DNA of 58,239 bases from Candidatus Blackburnbacteria bacterium RIFCSPHIGHO2_01_FULL_43_15b (lineage in GTDB: Bacteria; Patescibacteriota; Microgenomatia; UBA8517; UBA10165). Both the position numbers and the translations under genes were made by a program. A model generated the notes under the pieces. The model was not told the DNA's origin, ran no database searches, and saw nothing but the letters and a program-made list of their open reading frames with translations. This document shows, one piece after another, positions 37,691-47,010 of this stretch (the first letter of the stretch is position 1; the number at the start of each line of letters is the position of its first letter). The stretch is taken from positions 1 through 58,239 of the forward strand of contig MHBW01000031.1 in assembly GCA_001816385.1 (NCBI GenBank), given 5' to 3'.

Positions 37691-38218
37691 TTTCAGATAT
37701 ACCTGAAATTAAAAAAGCATATCTTGCCGGCGGTACGGCTTTGGCCCTTCACCTTGGCCACAGAATTTCCATAGATTTAGATTTTTTTACCTCCAAAAAA
37801 TTTAACCCCCTGGGGAACAGTTTTGGGCAAGATTGGGCGTACAAAATTTAGCATCTTCTGTTGCCAATATCCGCTTATTGCCAAGCCTACAGGATTTGGG
37901 GGAATTCACATCGCCAGCAAAGAGGATATCGCGGCTATGAAAATCCACGCAATTGAAGAAAGGGGGACAAAGAGAGATTTTATAGACTTATATTTTTTGG
38001 CTCGGGACTTTTCAATGGAGCAAATGCTTGATTTTTACAACCAAAAGTATGGCGTTCTTGAAGAACATCTGTATATGATTATTCGAAGTTTAGACTATTT
38101 TGCCGGTGCCGAAGATAACGATATGCCCCAGATGATTGAAAGGGTTTCATGGAAAAACGTCAAAAAATTTTTTCAAAAACAAGCAATGAGACTGGCCCAA
38201 GAAAACTTTAGAATCTGA
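37642..38218 (+). pseudogene. AbiEii/AbiGii-family nucleotidyltransferase toxin gene, frameshifted
   Basis: Frame 1 (37642-37851) gives LAGGTALALHLGHRISIDLDFF. Frame 2 (37823-38218) continues with IASKEDIAAMKIHAIEERGTKRDFIDLYFL. The frames switch near the C6 run at about 37805-37810. Confidence 0.6.
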
Positions 38219-38231
38219 AAAGTGGTGGACA

Positions 38232-39530
38232 TTACACACTATTTCGCCATTTTTCTTGTAGTTCTTGGGCGCGGTGAACTTGAGCGTCTATTTTTTGTCT
38301 CTTTCGCGCTTTTCCACCTCCCTTGTCTACTCGAGATTGTTTTTGTTGCGCTTTTAGGAACGCATCGCGAAGACCATTAGTTAAATCTTCGTCTCCGTCG
38401 GCTCCTTCTTCGACCACGGTTGCTTCGGGTTCAGTGCTATATGACGGGGTAAGCGAGCCACGAAATCGTTGCCATCTCTGCGTTTGATCCTTTCTTTCCT
38501 CTTCTTTCAAAAGATCCTGCATAGGTGCTACTTCTGCAGCCGCCACTTCTGGTGCCGATGGTGTTTCTGGGGCAACTTCTACTTCTTCGTCCTGCCCCAG
38601 GGAAGCCTCTTGTTCTACAAGTTGGGAGTGGGTGATAAAACCATTTGTTATGTCAATTAAATCATAAAGATCAAACTTGTAACCTGGGGGTAGTCCAAAT
38701 AGGGTACGCAGTTCGGCTCTATCATCATGCCCCCCTCTCCTTGTTCGGATATCTTCCAAAACTTCCCGGCATTTTTCCTCTTGGAAATCTTCAGGCTTTT
38801 GTCCAGAACCTGTTGCCAGTTTCTCCCAAAAGCTCTCAGGGGTTCCCAGCCAAAATTCGTCGTTTCTTATTTGAGCTTCAACTTGTTCCCGATCGTTTGG
38901 ATCAGCACCTCTTTCTCTCAGCGACGCATTAATTTCGTCCAACAACCACCTCAATGGAGGCCTTGCTTCTCTTTTTTCAGAAGCTTGTCCTGCTTCACCG
39001 CGCGCTCTTAACCTGGCCCGTTCATTTTCAAACCAATAATCGGCTCGGTTTGCCATTAATGGGTTGGGGTTCCAGGCTTCTTGGTAAGTTCTGTAAGCAA
39101 TTTGCTCGTCTCTATCTCTAAAACGCGGCAGCTTTTCTTTTGTTTTTGCCGGTTCAGCTGTTCTTTCTCCGCCTCCCGAGGTTCCGCCGGTGGCAGCTCT
39201 TAAATCATCTAAAGTAGGGCTTTCACTGCTAATGTTGAGCATTCTTTTTAAGCTTTGGACATCTGTGCTGGTTGACCCTAGTTTTTGTGATTCTTCAGAA
39301 AGTGTAAAGCATACCAGCTCTTGAGTCCTTTCGGGTGGGGAGTGCGTGGAAGAACGCCTTGTCCAAAATCCTCGTTTTCCATACCAAAAATCTTTATCAC
39401 TTATGGCTTTGCGGACTTCTTCTGGATACTGAGTGTCAACTTCTCTTAAGCGCAGAGAGTGTTCAAGTTGGACAATAAAGGAACCAATTTGTGATTGTTG
39501 AAACTCTGATTGTGGGGCAAGCTCTGTCAT
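38232..39530 (-). CDS. highly charged soluble protein, no recognisable domain
   Basis: 432 aa, rich in Glu, Arg and Asp, with no TM helix or signal peptide. An internal motif recurs: DKDFWYGKRGFWTRR and NDEFWLGTPESFWEKL. Confidence 0.6.
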   Translation of the reverse strand: MTELAPQSEFQQSQIGSFIVQLEHSLRLREVDTQYPEEVRKAISDKDFWYGKRGFWTRRSSTHSPPERTQELVCFTLSEESQKLGSTSTDVQSLKRMLNISSESPTLDDLRAATGGTSGGGERTAEPAKTKEKLPRFRDRDEQIAYRTYQEAWNPNPLMANRADYWFENERARLRARGEAGQASEKREARPPLRWLLDEINASLRERGADPNDREQVEAQIRNDEFWLGTPESFWEKLATGSGQKPEDFQEEKCREVLEDIRTRRGGHDDRAELRTLFGLPPGYKFDLYDLIDITNGFITHSQLVEQEASLGQDEEVEVAPETPSAPEVAAAEVAPMQDLLKEEERKDQTQRWQRFRGSLTPSYSTEPEATVVEEGADGDEDLTNGLRDAFLKAQQKQSRVDKGGGKARKRQKIDAQVHRAQELQEKWRNSV

Positions 39531-39613
39531 ATTGCTTGTTTCACTTTAATACTAACTCTAATTTTTGCCTGGAGCAACTCTTTGCTATATAATTGTATTT
39601 AGTCTAAAAAGAC

Positions 39614-41641
39614 ATGGCAGAAATACTATTCCCATATACTCCAGAAATTAACCGGCCGACTTCCTGGTTTGAGCAAAGCCAGCTTGAGCTTGAGAGAATT
39701 AGCGAGAAAGAAGTATTGGGTCAGGCGGCAGGCCCCGACTTTTTAAGGCGAGGCGAGATTTTAGAAGATAGGGAAAGGATGGGAGCAAATGCCCGCCGGG
39801 CAGGAGCTTTTGCTTTGGCTGATGAAAGGTTAATGGGTGTGCTGGCTGGTTTGAGAGAGACTTCCAGACCTCTAGATTACGTTACCGAACTCACCCGAGG
39901 AGATAAATTGGCTCACGAAGCAGAAAGCGACCTTTGGAGTGAGCGTCGTTTTAGAAATAACCCAGATTTTTCTCGCCAAATCTACCAGGGAATGGTCGAA
40001 ATTTATATAGCCAACGCGCTTGAGGATATAAGAGATTCAATAAGAGGTGAAGCTCCACCGCCTCAAGAAGAGTGGGTGTGGGATATGCGTGAAGCTGCTT
40101 CTGCGCCCGAGCCAGCCCGACCCGAGCCAAGAGACGAAGGAGCGGAAAGAGTAAGAGAAGCCCAGCTTGCGGCAGCAGAAGCCCAACGCCAAGCGGCTGA
40201 GGAATTGCGAAGGTTAACACAACAACAAGCAGAAACTGAGAGAGCTCGTGCTGCTGCCGAAGCAGCCAGGGCTGCGGGTGTGGGAGAGCACGACCCCTAT
40301 AACGAAGAGAGATTTATTGTTTGGAACGACCCAGAAGACGAACGCGTTGATCGACCAAGAGCTTTTTCTCGACGTTGGGCTCGAAGCCATGGATTGCCTG
40401 ATGCCTTACTGTCCGGTGCTGGCAGGGGTGCAGTTATGCGAAGAGTTCATTCAAACGAAGTGTTAAGCGGTTATGCGGAGACTGGTAATAACCCGATTGT
40501 TAATAAGGCTTTAGAGCCGGTTATTGCGTCTTCGAAAGAGGACGGCTTTACAGAAGCAGCAGCAGCGGGTTTACTTCCATTACTACACCTAGACCGTGTT
40601 ATGCGGGGCTCCCGGCTTGAATATGTTGCCCAAGCACTAGAAACAAACGGTCCAACACCTGACGGAGTTGCCAGGTGGCTTCGTATAGATTCGGAGACAA
40701 GAAGATGTTTGGCCTTATTATTAAGGTTACAAGGATATCAGATAGCTGCCGAACCCGGGGTGCACGATGTTATAGAAGGACTGGGTCATAACAATATATT
40801 AGTAGGTACACGTCATAAATTTTCTGACGTTCGTAGAGTTGAGGGTTACAACGGACAACCAATAAACGATAAGGAGAGAAACGCAGATTTAAAGCGAGAC
40901 GAACTTCATAAGTATCTAGAGGCAGTCCAGAGAGCAGTTAATACTGATCCGGGAGTGGTGCGAGTAGCATACACAATATTTAGATATTTTGGCTTTCCGC
41001 ACGAAAATAGCAAATTCCTTGATTTGTATAATAAATACTTATATGACGAGAGAAACCCAAATGGAGATTTAAAGCCCGAAAAGAGAGACACAGAAGGAAA
41101 TCTAATAGAAGCTGGAGACTTGACTCCTTTTATAGATAAAATTAAAGACCCTGTGTCTGGAAGAATGCTTACTGAGGTTGCGGCACAGGATGGGATGATA
41201 GCTTTTGCTAATGCCCTCGAAGCCCCTGACCCTCTTGACCCAACAGGAACAGAAGCGCAACGTATTAGACGAGACTGGGAGGACCTCAAGCTTGTTTTGG
41301 ATGTTATGGACTCTGTAGCGGGTGCACGCACTGGCCAAGGTCCAAGTGGAGCAAATGTTGATTATGGCCGACGGTTGGAAATAATACAAAAAGCTTTTGA
41401 AAGGGATGCTGGAGTTGCACAAGTAAAGCGAAAGATAAGCCAAGAGGCTGTAAAAAGAATTGTAGACCCATCAAGAATAAAGCGCACAGATCAAGTAGCT
41501 AAAGTATCAAGTATACAAAGAGAAACACAAGGGGCTCGAGAAATTTTGCACCAGGCTACGGCTCCAGTTAGGGGAATTAAATCCTTCGACAGTTGGGTGA
41601 GAAGAGTTACGGGCCAACCTCCACGAAAAGACGAACAATAG
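39614..41641 (+). CDS. large charged soluble protein with an Ala/Glu/Arg coiled-coil segment, no recognisable domain
   Basis: 675 aa with no TM helix or signal peptide. The coiled-coil-like stretch is REAQLAAAEAQRQAAEELRRLTQQQAETERARAAAEAARAAG. Confidence 0.6.
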   Translation: MAEILFPYTPEINRPTSWFEQSQLELERISEKEVLGQAAGPDFLRRGEILEDRERMGANARRAGAFALADERLMGVLAGLRETSRPLDYVTELTRGDKLAHEAESDLWSERRFRNNPDFSRQIYQGMVEIYIANALEDIRDSIRGEAPPPQEEWVWDMREAASAPEPARPEPRDEGAERVREAQLAAAEAQRQAAEELRRLTQQQAETERARAAAEAARAAGVGEHDPYNEERFIVWNDPEDERVDRPRAFSRRWARSHGLPDALLSGAGRGAVMRRVHSNEVLSGYAETGNNPIVNKALEPVIASSKEDGFTEAAAAGLLPLLHLDRVMRGSRLEYVAQALETNGPTPDGVARWLRIDSETRRCLALLLRLQGYQIAAEPGVHDVIEGLGHNNILVGTRHKFSDVRRVEGYNGQPINDKERNADLKRDELHKYLEAVQRAVNTDPGVVRVAYTIFRYFGFPHENSKFLDLYNKYLYDERNPNGDLKPEKRDTEGNLIEAGDLTPFIDKIKDPVSGRMLTEVAAQDGMIAFANALEAPDPLDPTGTEAQRIRRDWEDLKLVLDVMDSVAGARTGQGPSGANVDYGRRLEIIQKAFERDAGVAQVKRKISQEAVKRIVDPSRIKRTDQVAKVSSIQRETQGAREILHQATAPVRGIKSFDSWVRRVTGQPPRKDEQ

Positions 41642-41650
41642 ACAAGAAAA

Positions 41651-43072
41651 TTACCTACCTGGTTTTGTTGCGCCTGCTATAGTTCCCCAGATAGCTCTGC
41701 CCGTAAAACTTGTTGAGGCACGCGCTTGCCCTTCTGCGCCAGACGCGATAGGTGTCCTTATAAGATTTGTTGCTTCTCCTGGGGCAAATTGCATAGGTCT
41801 TCTGGCAAAGACGTTACGAATGGCTTGGGGGACTTGGTGCGCAATCATTAGCATTCCCAACCCAATAAGAAAAGGTATTGCTCCAGAAACTAAAGTACCC
41901 CCGAGCATGGGTGGCATCCACAGATTTTGACCTGCATGTCGTATCAAAATTTGACCTAAAATAAGTACAAAAGCTACAGCGGGGAAAATTAGGATGTTTA
42001 TAAAGAGATTTTTAAACCAGTCTCCCGCTCCAGGCAACCCGGGAATAACACCCATAGCTATTTGGAGGGGACCAAAAACAACCCCCAAGATAATGAATAT
42101 GTACGCTTTGAGTAATTCAAAAAACAATTTGAAGAGTAGGTAAAGAACGATTATTGAGAGTACTAATACTACGACTGCTACTCCAAGTCCCACTATTCCC
42201 AAGGCAGTTAATGCGGTAATACCCAAAAATAGAAGTGAGCCAGCAGCTACCAAGCCGCCTGCTACTAATCCAGCAACCCCAACGCCAGTACCACCGTCTC
42301 TTGCGCCAAACACAGTGCTGAATAAACGCCCTGTAAGTTGCCAAAAGCCGCCATTGATAAATTCAGTTTGTAGGTCTTGGGCAGATATATATTCGGGAAT
42401 AGAACCGAAAATTAAGGCCACGATTGCAATCATGACATACAACAAATCAACCATAAGGCCCGCGATGGCGTAAGAGAAAGTAACAAGAAGCAAAGCTATT
42501 ACAATTCTTGGAATAGCTGATTGGATAGTAAGTGTTGTCCGAGGGTCGAGCTTCATTCTAAACATAATTGCTAAACCGATAAAAATAAAGACAATCGCGA
42601 AAAAGGCATAAGCAAAGTTACGAAAAGCTTTCCAAACGGGTAGAATAGGCGAAAAGGCACCAAACCCAGTTCCTGTTGTTTGAGCGTAAGCTTGTTGGAC
42701 TGGGTTGATGTGATGCAAAATGTCCGCAAAGTAAGTTACGCCTGATGCTGGTGGGTTAGCATATAAACTGGCTACCATTGTTGTTGTGATGGGGATAGCT
42801 CCAGTTTTAAGCTCATTTGGACAGTTGTTGTTTTCTTTTACGCAGCCTGACAAAGCTATGTTTGCAGAGTTAATAAACCCAGCAAAATTCTGTTCGGAAA
42901 ATTTTTGAAGATTTTGTCCTCCGGCTCCCAACGCTTCCTGATGAGAATCAAGTGAATACTGAGCATAGGCAGCAGGGGCGGCGACTAAAGCGCAGAAAAG
43001 AATAAATGCAAAAAACTTTGGGTGGTGGGCAACTATACGAATGAGATTGCGAGCAGGCTTGAAGAGTTTCAT
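41651..43072 (-). CDS. VirB6/TrbL-like polytopic membrane protein
   Basis: 473 aa. It has an N-terminal signal/anchor, a roughly 100-aa extracytoplasmic segment and then at least 6 TM helices rich in Gly, Ala and Ile. Its size, topology and locus context fit VirB6/TrbL. Confidence 0.5.
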   Translation of the reverse strand: MKLFKPARNLIRIVAHHPKFFAFILFCALVAAPAAYAQYSLDSHQEALGAGGQNLQKFSEQNFAGFINSANIALSGCVKENNNCPNELKTGAIPITTTMVASLYANPPASGVTYFADILHHINPVQQAYAQTTGTGFGAFSPILPVWKAFRNFAYAFFAIVFIFIGLAIMFRMKLDPRTTLTIQSAIPRIVIALLLVTFSYAIAGLMVDLLYVMIAIVALIFGSIPEYISAQDLQTEFINGGFWQLTGRLFSTVFGARDGGTGVGVAGLVAGGLVAAGSLLFLGITALTALGIVGLGVAVVVLVLSIIVLYLLFKLFFELLKAYIFIILGVVFGPLQIAMGVIPGLPGAGDWFKNLFINILIFPAVAFVLILGQILIRHAGQNLWMPPMLGGTLVSGAIPFLIGLGMLMIAHQVPQAIRNVFARRPMQFAPGEATNLIRTPIASGAEGQARASTSFTGRAIWGTIAGATKPGR

Positions 43073-43115
43073 GGATTACGTTTTGTACTCTAATACGATC
43101 TTAGCATAAAAAGCC

Positions 43116-44078
43116 TTACTTTTTCAAACTAACAAATTTTCGTGCTCTTTCTCTTTGGCCAATATATCTTCTAATTGCCTCATAGCTTGTTAACCAATTT
43201 CGGCCTTGCTTGTGGGCTTCAAGCTTGCCAGTTCGCGCTAACAAGTTTAAATATTTAGTTGAATATGGAGCTTTTCTACTCATCTGCCTAAGCGAACCAA
43301 ACTTTTCCCTGCGTTGGTTTATTGGTGTAAGGGTCTTTAAGTAAATATTCAGAGAACGTTCTACTGCTTGAGCAATAACTTGAACGAGAAGAGAATATTT
43401 TCCGCTATCTGCTTGGCTTAAAGCTCGATAGTATTTTTTTCTATCGTTTTTCAGTATAATAACCAACGGATATCCGGCCTTCATCAGTATAATATTCATA
43501 ACTAATCGTGCTGTCCGGCCGTTTCCGTCAAAAAATGGATGTATGTAAACGAGTTTGTGGTGCAACAGAGCTGCAAGTTCTATTGGGTGAAGGCGCTTTA
43601 TGTTTTTGGAAAACCAACGAATAAGATCAGGCATCTGTTTCGGTACGAGAAGCGCGTCGGGAGGAACATGATCGGCTCCTCCTATAAAAACATTGCTATT
43701 CCTATATTTTCCTGCATACTCTTCATCGGTTTTCTTCATAACGATTTGATGGAGCGTTCGTATTAAGTGCTCAGAGAGGGTTGGTTGCGAGCCGTGTTCG
43801 ACGGTCTCATGCAAAAATTCCAAAGCCTCATGATGATCTTTTGCTTCTAGATGGTCTTTAAGGGGTTTTCCTTTTATAGTTAAACCTTCTTGGATAACAA
43901 GATAAGTTTCTTTTAGAGTAAGGCTGTTTCCCTCGATGGCGTTTGAGTTGTAAGTCATTTCAATTTCAAACTGTTCTTGGAGTTTTTTTACGGCAGAAGG
44001 GGGCAAAGGCCTTAGTTTCTGAAGAATTTTTAGTTTGCTTTCTATTCTATCAATCAATATTTTGGATAAGTACGACAT
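43116..44078 (-). CDS. Fic-family protein with a canonical active site and a C-terminal DNA-binding-like tail
   Basis: The start is set at MSYLSKILIDR (ATG 44078). The motif HPFFDGNGRTAR lies at nt 43506-43541. EGNSLTLKET is also present. Confidence 0.85.
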   Translation of the reverse strand: MSYLSKILIDRIESKLKILQKLRPLPPSAVKKLQEQFEIEMTYNSNAIEGNSLTLKETYLVIQEGLTIKGKPLKDHLEAKDHHEALEFLHETVEHGSQPTLSEHLIRTLHQIVMKKTDEEYAGKYRNSNVFIGGADHVPPDALLVPKQMPDLIRWFSKNIKRLHPIELAALLHHKLVYIHPFFDGNGRTARLVMNIILMKAGYPLVIILKNDRKKYYRALSQADSGKYSLLVQVIAQAVERSLNIYLKTLTPINQRREKFGSLRQMSRKAPYSTKYLNLLARTGKLEAHKQGRNWLTSYEAIRRYIGQRERARKFVSLKK

Positions 44079-44164
44079 ATACTTAATATGGTTTAGCCTA
44101 AAAACAAGCATATACCATACTAAGTAACTTGTCAAAAAACCACCTCAAAAATTAATTGCATTTC

Positions 44165-44192
44165 TTGACATTTATATCAACTTTGATATAAT
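44165..44192 (+). promoter_or_regulatory. near-consensus sigma-70-type promoter for the XRE gene
   Basis: TTGACA at 44165-44170, a 16-nt spacer, then an extended -10 TGATATAAT (TATAAT at 44187-44192). Confidence 0.6.
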
Positions 44193-44265
44193 CACTATGG
44201 AATTTGAAATTAGTTACTACCAGGACAACTTGAACTTAGAAGTAGAGTTTATCACAAGGAGGAAA

Positions 44266-44565
44266 ATGAAAAGAAAAAAAGACGATCTTGATAGAACAAT
44301 AGAAAAAATTCTCAAGGAGGATCCTGCTTTTCAGTACGAGCTTGACCAAGCAGGGGCTGCTTGGGATATTGCTCTTCAGATTTATGATCTTCGCAAAAAA
44401 GCGGGTCTTACTCAAACGCAGTTGGCAAAATTGGTTGGAACTACTCAATCCAACATTGCTCGGATTGAAGCAGCGGACTATACAGGCTATACCCACAAAA
44501 CTTTAGAAAAAGTTGCAAGGGCACTCAATGCCAAGCTTGAAGTGAGACTGGTTCCTCTTCGTTAG
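44266..44565 (+). CDS. XRE-family helix-turn-helix protein (HigA-like antitoxin/regulator)
   Basis: ATG 44266 is preceded by AAGGAGG. The longer ORF from 44197 would have to be leaderless. The HTH is LRKKAGLTQTQLAKLVGTTQSNIARIE. Confidence 0.75.
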   Translation: MKRKKDDLDRTIEKILKEDPAFQYELDQAGAAWDIALQIYDLRKKAGLTQTQLAKLVGTTQSNIARIEAADYTGYTHKTLEKVARALNAKLEVRLVPLR

Positions 44566-44591
44566 GGAGCGAAGCCGCGGACGAAAACTGG

Positions 44592-45002
44592 TTATTGTCT
44601 GGGGCCGGCGCCGCGGACGGCGCTCCATTGGATTGTTACATACCCTGGATCAACTCCATTTTGTCTCATCCAACTTTCCGCTAAGGCTTTATTATTTTCG
44701 TATGGCTGCCTCTGAATAGAGATTAAGAAATAGTCCTGGTCAGGGAAGTACTGGACTGTGAATTGCTCCGAACTGAAGGGCAGTTGAGAAATTAAACGCT
44801 GCTTGTTTTGCTGTAAAGCGTTTTGTTCCTGTATGGTTAGGGCTTTGGTTGGTGTTGGAAGAGGTGAGGTGGTTTGTGTAGCGGGAGCCTGGTTGTTGCT
44901 GGTAAACACATAGCCTGCTGCTAACAAGATAACAATCAACAAGACAGCAATTCTTTTTTTACTCCTGGTAAAAAACTGGCCCATGGCAGTAAGGTATTTC
45001 AT
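44592..45002 (-). CDS. small membrane-anchored protein, function unknown
   Basis: 136 aa with a single N-terminal TM helix. Its start overlaps the stop of the upstream gene by 4 nt. Confidence 0.55.
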   Translation of the reverse strand: MKYLTAMGQFFTRSKKRIAVLLIVILLAAGYVFTSNNQAPATQTTSPLPTPTKALTIQEQNALQQNKQRLISQLPFSSEQFTVQYFPDQDYFLISIQRQPYENNKALAESWMRQNGVDPGYVTIQWSAVRGAGPRQ

Positions 45003-46072
45003 TGTGATTGGGAAGAATATGACTTAAAAAGCCTCCATACGGTTCCACAGTAATCAGGCCCACACGCACGACTTGGGTTGCATGTTCCACAGTAGGCCCC
45101 AGCAACCTTTCTTATAGTTGGCTCGTCCCAAGCTGGTGTTGCTCCGGCGTCCCTTTTTATTTTAACAGCTGTGCCAACAAAAGCTGCAGCCACATTACAC
45201 CGATCGTCGGCAGTGATGGTCTTGTTCAATCCAAATTTTGATTGCAACACGCTTTGGATACCTACTAAACCACGAGAGGCGTTATCGTTTATTAAACTTC
45301 TCCATGTGGCGGCCTCGAATTGTGTTGCTCCACGGACGTCGTTGTTTGGACAACCCAATGACGGATCAGAACAGGTATTGTAGCAATACCCCTTTTTGAG
45401 GGTGTCGTATGGCGAACCAGCCCACCAATTGTCCGTGCTAAAAAACTTCACGTCCTCATCTGTGTAGCTAAAAGCTCCCGGGGCTTCGGTTTGGGAGATA
45501 GCCAATAAAAGAGGGGCTGGAACTTCAGTTGCTTCGGCTGCACTATTTATGATTCCCTTAAGATTTTCGGATTGCATATTGAAGGCTGAGGCGATTCCTG
45601 AGGTTATTCTGAAGGGATTAGCGTTGAATGGGTTTAGTGAGTCGATATATTCGTCAACTCCGCGGTTAAACTCGTTCTTTGTTTCTTCTGTTTCGGTCAG
45701 CTTAGGAGCATTTGTTCCATTGGTGTAAATAGTCCCAAAGAAAGGTATGCCGCCAGAAAAAAGCCTGGCGAAAACTTCATCAAACAGACCCCTGAGGGCA
45801 TTAAAGAAGTTTTCAAATTGTGCTTGGGGAGAGGGTGTGGGAGCATAGGCATTGGTTGAGTCACGGAAAAACTCCGCAGATTTTCCGAAGTCAGCAATGG
45901 TTGGAGAATCTCCTTTGTAAGGAATTAATTTCTGGGCGTTTTCAGGGCTAAATAGCTGCTGGCCCTTTTCGGTTCCGTAAGAATCGGGAGTAGTATCAGC
46001 AGCGTGCGTGGTTTGTGTGAATAGAATCAAAAAGAAGGGTAGGAGTGATAAGAATGATAAGAAGCGGATCAT
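44999..46072 (-). CDS. secreted lytic-transglycosylase-like (VirB1-like) protein
   Basis: 357 aa with a signal peptide (LLPFFLILFTQTTHA). LLLAISQTEAPGAF...VRGATQFEAATW resembles the catalytic Glu and G-x-x-Q motifs of SLT domains. The C-terminal half is Cys-rich. Confidence 0.5.
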   Translation of the reverse strand: MIRFLSFLSLLPFFLILFTQTTHAADTTPDSYGTEKGQQLFSPENAQKLIPYKGDSPTIADFGKSAEFFRDSTNAYAPTPSPQAQFENFFNALRGLFDEVFARLFSGGIPFFGTIYTNGTNAPKLTETEETKNEFNRGVDEYIDSLNPFNANPFRITSGIASAFNMQSENLKGIINSAAEATEVPAPLLLAISQTEAPGAFSYTDEDVKFFSTDNWWAGSPYDTLKKGYCYNTCSDPSLGCPNNDVRGATQFEAATWRSLINDNASRGLVGIQSVLQSKFGLNKTITADDRCNVAAAFVGTAVKIKRDAGATPAWDEPTIRKVAGAYCGTCNPSRACGPDYCGTVWRLFKSYSSQSQ

Positions 46073-46088
46073 GAAGAGTTTCTAATTT

Positions 46089-46143
46089 AAAAATTGTAAT
46101 TTGATAATTGATTGAAAATTGTAAATTGAAAATTAGAAATTAC
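46089..46143. repeat. 7-bp periodic AT-rich repeat (NAAATTG units)
   Basis: aaaattg taatttg ataattg attgaaaattg taaattg aaaatta gaaatta. The related string ggaaattgaaaattggaaattggaaattga occurs inside tsaD at 17435-17464. Confidence 0.7.
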
Positions 46144-46150
46144 TCCATTC

Positions 46151-46489
46151 CTATGGAGTCGTTACCTTAAATTGAGTTACCTGCACTCCTGTTACAGCTT
46201 GAATAACCAATAAAACCGCAAATGCCAAAACCAAAACAACTAGCCCCGCAATGGCTGCTGTTAGAGTATGTTTTGCTGATTCTACTGCCTTTGGATCAGA
46301 TCCTGAGGTTAGATATTTAAAACCTCCTATCAAAAACGTAACGAAAACTACCACACCGGAAAGAGCCAAAACGACATCAACGACGTTCCCAAAAGCGCAC
46401 TCCAAACCAGCAATTGTTGCGACATCCGACGCATCAACTGTGTCGCTTATCTTTGTGCCAACACATGCAGTTCCCAACCAGCTTGCCAT
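46151..46489 (-). CDS. VirB2/TrbC-like pilin-module protein, paralog 1
   Basis: 112 aa with two TM helices flanking the loop FLIGGFKYLTSGSDPKAVESAKHTLTAAIAGLVVLV. Confidence 0.55.
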   Translation of the reverse strand: MASWLGTACVGTKISDTVDASDVATIAGLECAFGNVVDVVLALSGVVVFVTFLIGGFKYLTSGSDPKAVESAKHTLTAAIAGLVVLVLAFAVLLVIQAVTGVQVTQFKVTTP

Positions 46490-46584
46490 ATTGCAAGTGT
46501 ATCAGAAAAGCAGCGATGGGGCAAAATGCGAAAGGGATTAGGATAGATACTAACCACTATCACCAATCCCTATCACTTTTGCTG

Positions 46585-46983
46585 TCAGACACCAACTCTG
46601 CTAATCGTAAGATTGAACAAGTCGACGTCGAACAATATCTTTATAAGTTGAGCAATTGCCCAAGCCGAAAAGACTACAACCAAACCAACCAAAGCTGACG
46701 TTATTTGTTGGCGAGCTTCTTCGGTTTTGTTTTTATCTCCACCTGAGGTGATCCATTTAATACCACCTAATACCAACCAGAAGAAGAACAAAACGGCTGC
46801 AACAACGACTAAAATTTTGATAGCTGTTGAGACGATTGCTCCAATTGTCAGTTCGGCAACAGTTGTGGATGGAGCACCTGTACCTATATTAATTTTTGCT
46901 TCGCCAGCTGCTGCTACAGGTGTAGCGGACAACGCCAAAGCTAAGCTAGAAGTCCAAAGAGAATTTAAAGTTTGTTTTGTCAT
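46585..46983 (-). CDS. VirB2/TrbC-like pilin-module protein, paralog 2
   Basis: 132 aa with a signal peptide. The loop is LVLGGIKWITSGGDKNKTEEARQQITSALVGLVVVF. Confidence 0.55.
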   Translation of the reverse strand: MTKQTLNSLWTSSLALALSATPVAAAGEAKINIGTGAPSTTVAELTIGAIVSTAIKILVVVAAVLFFFWLVLGGIKWITSGGDKNKTEEARQQITSALVGLVVVFSAWAIAQLIKILFDVDLFNLTISRVGV

Positions 46984-47010
46984 GTTTTCACCCCCTCGCC
47001 GTATGTGTGC

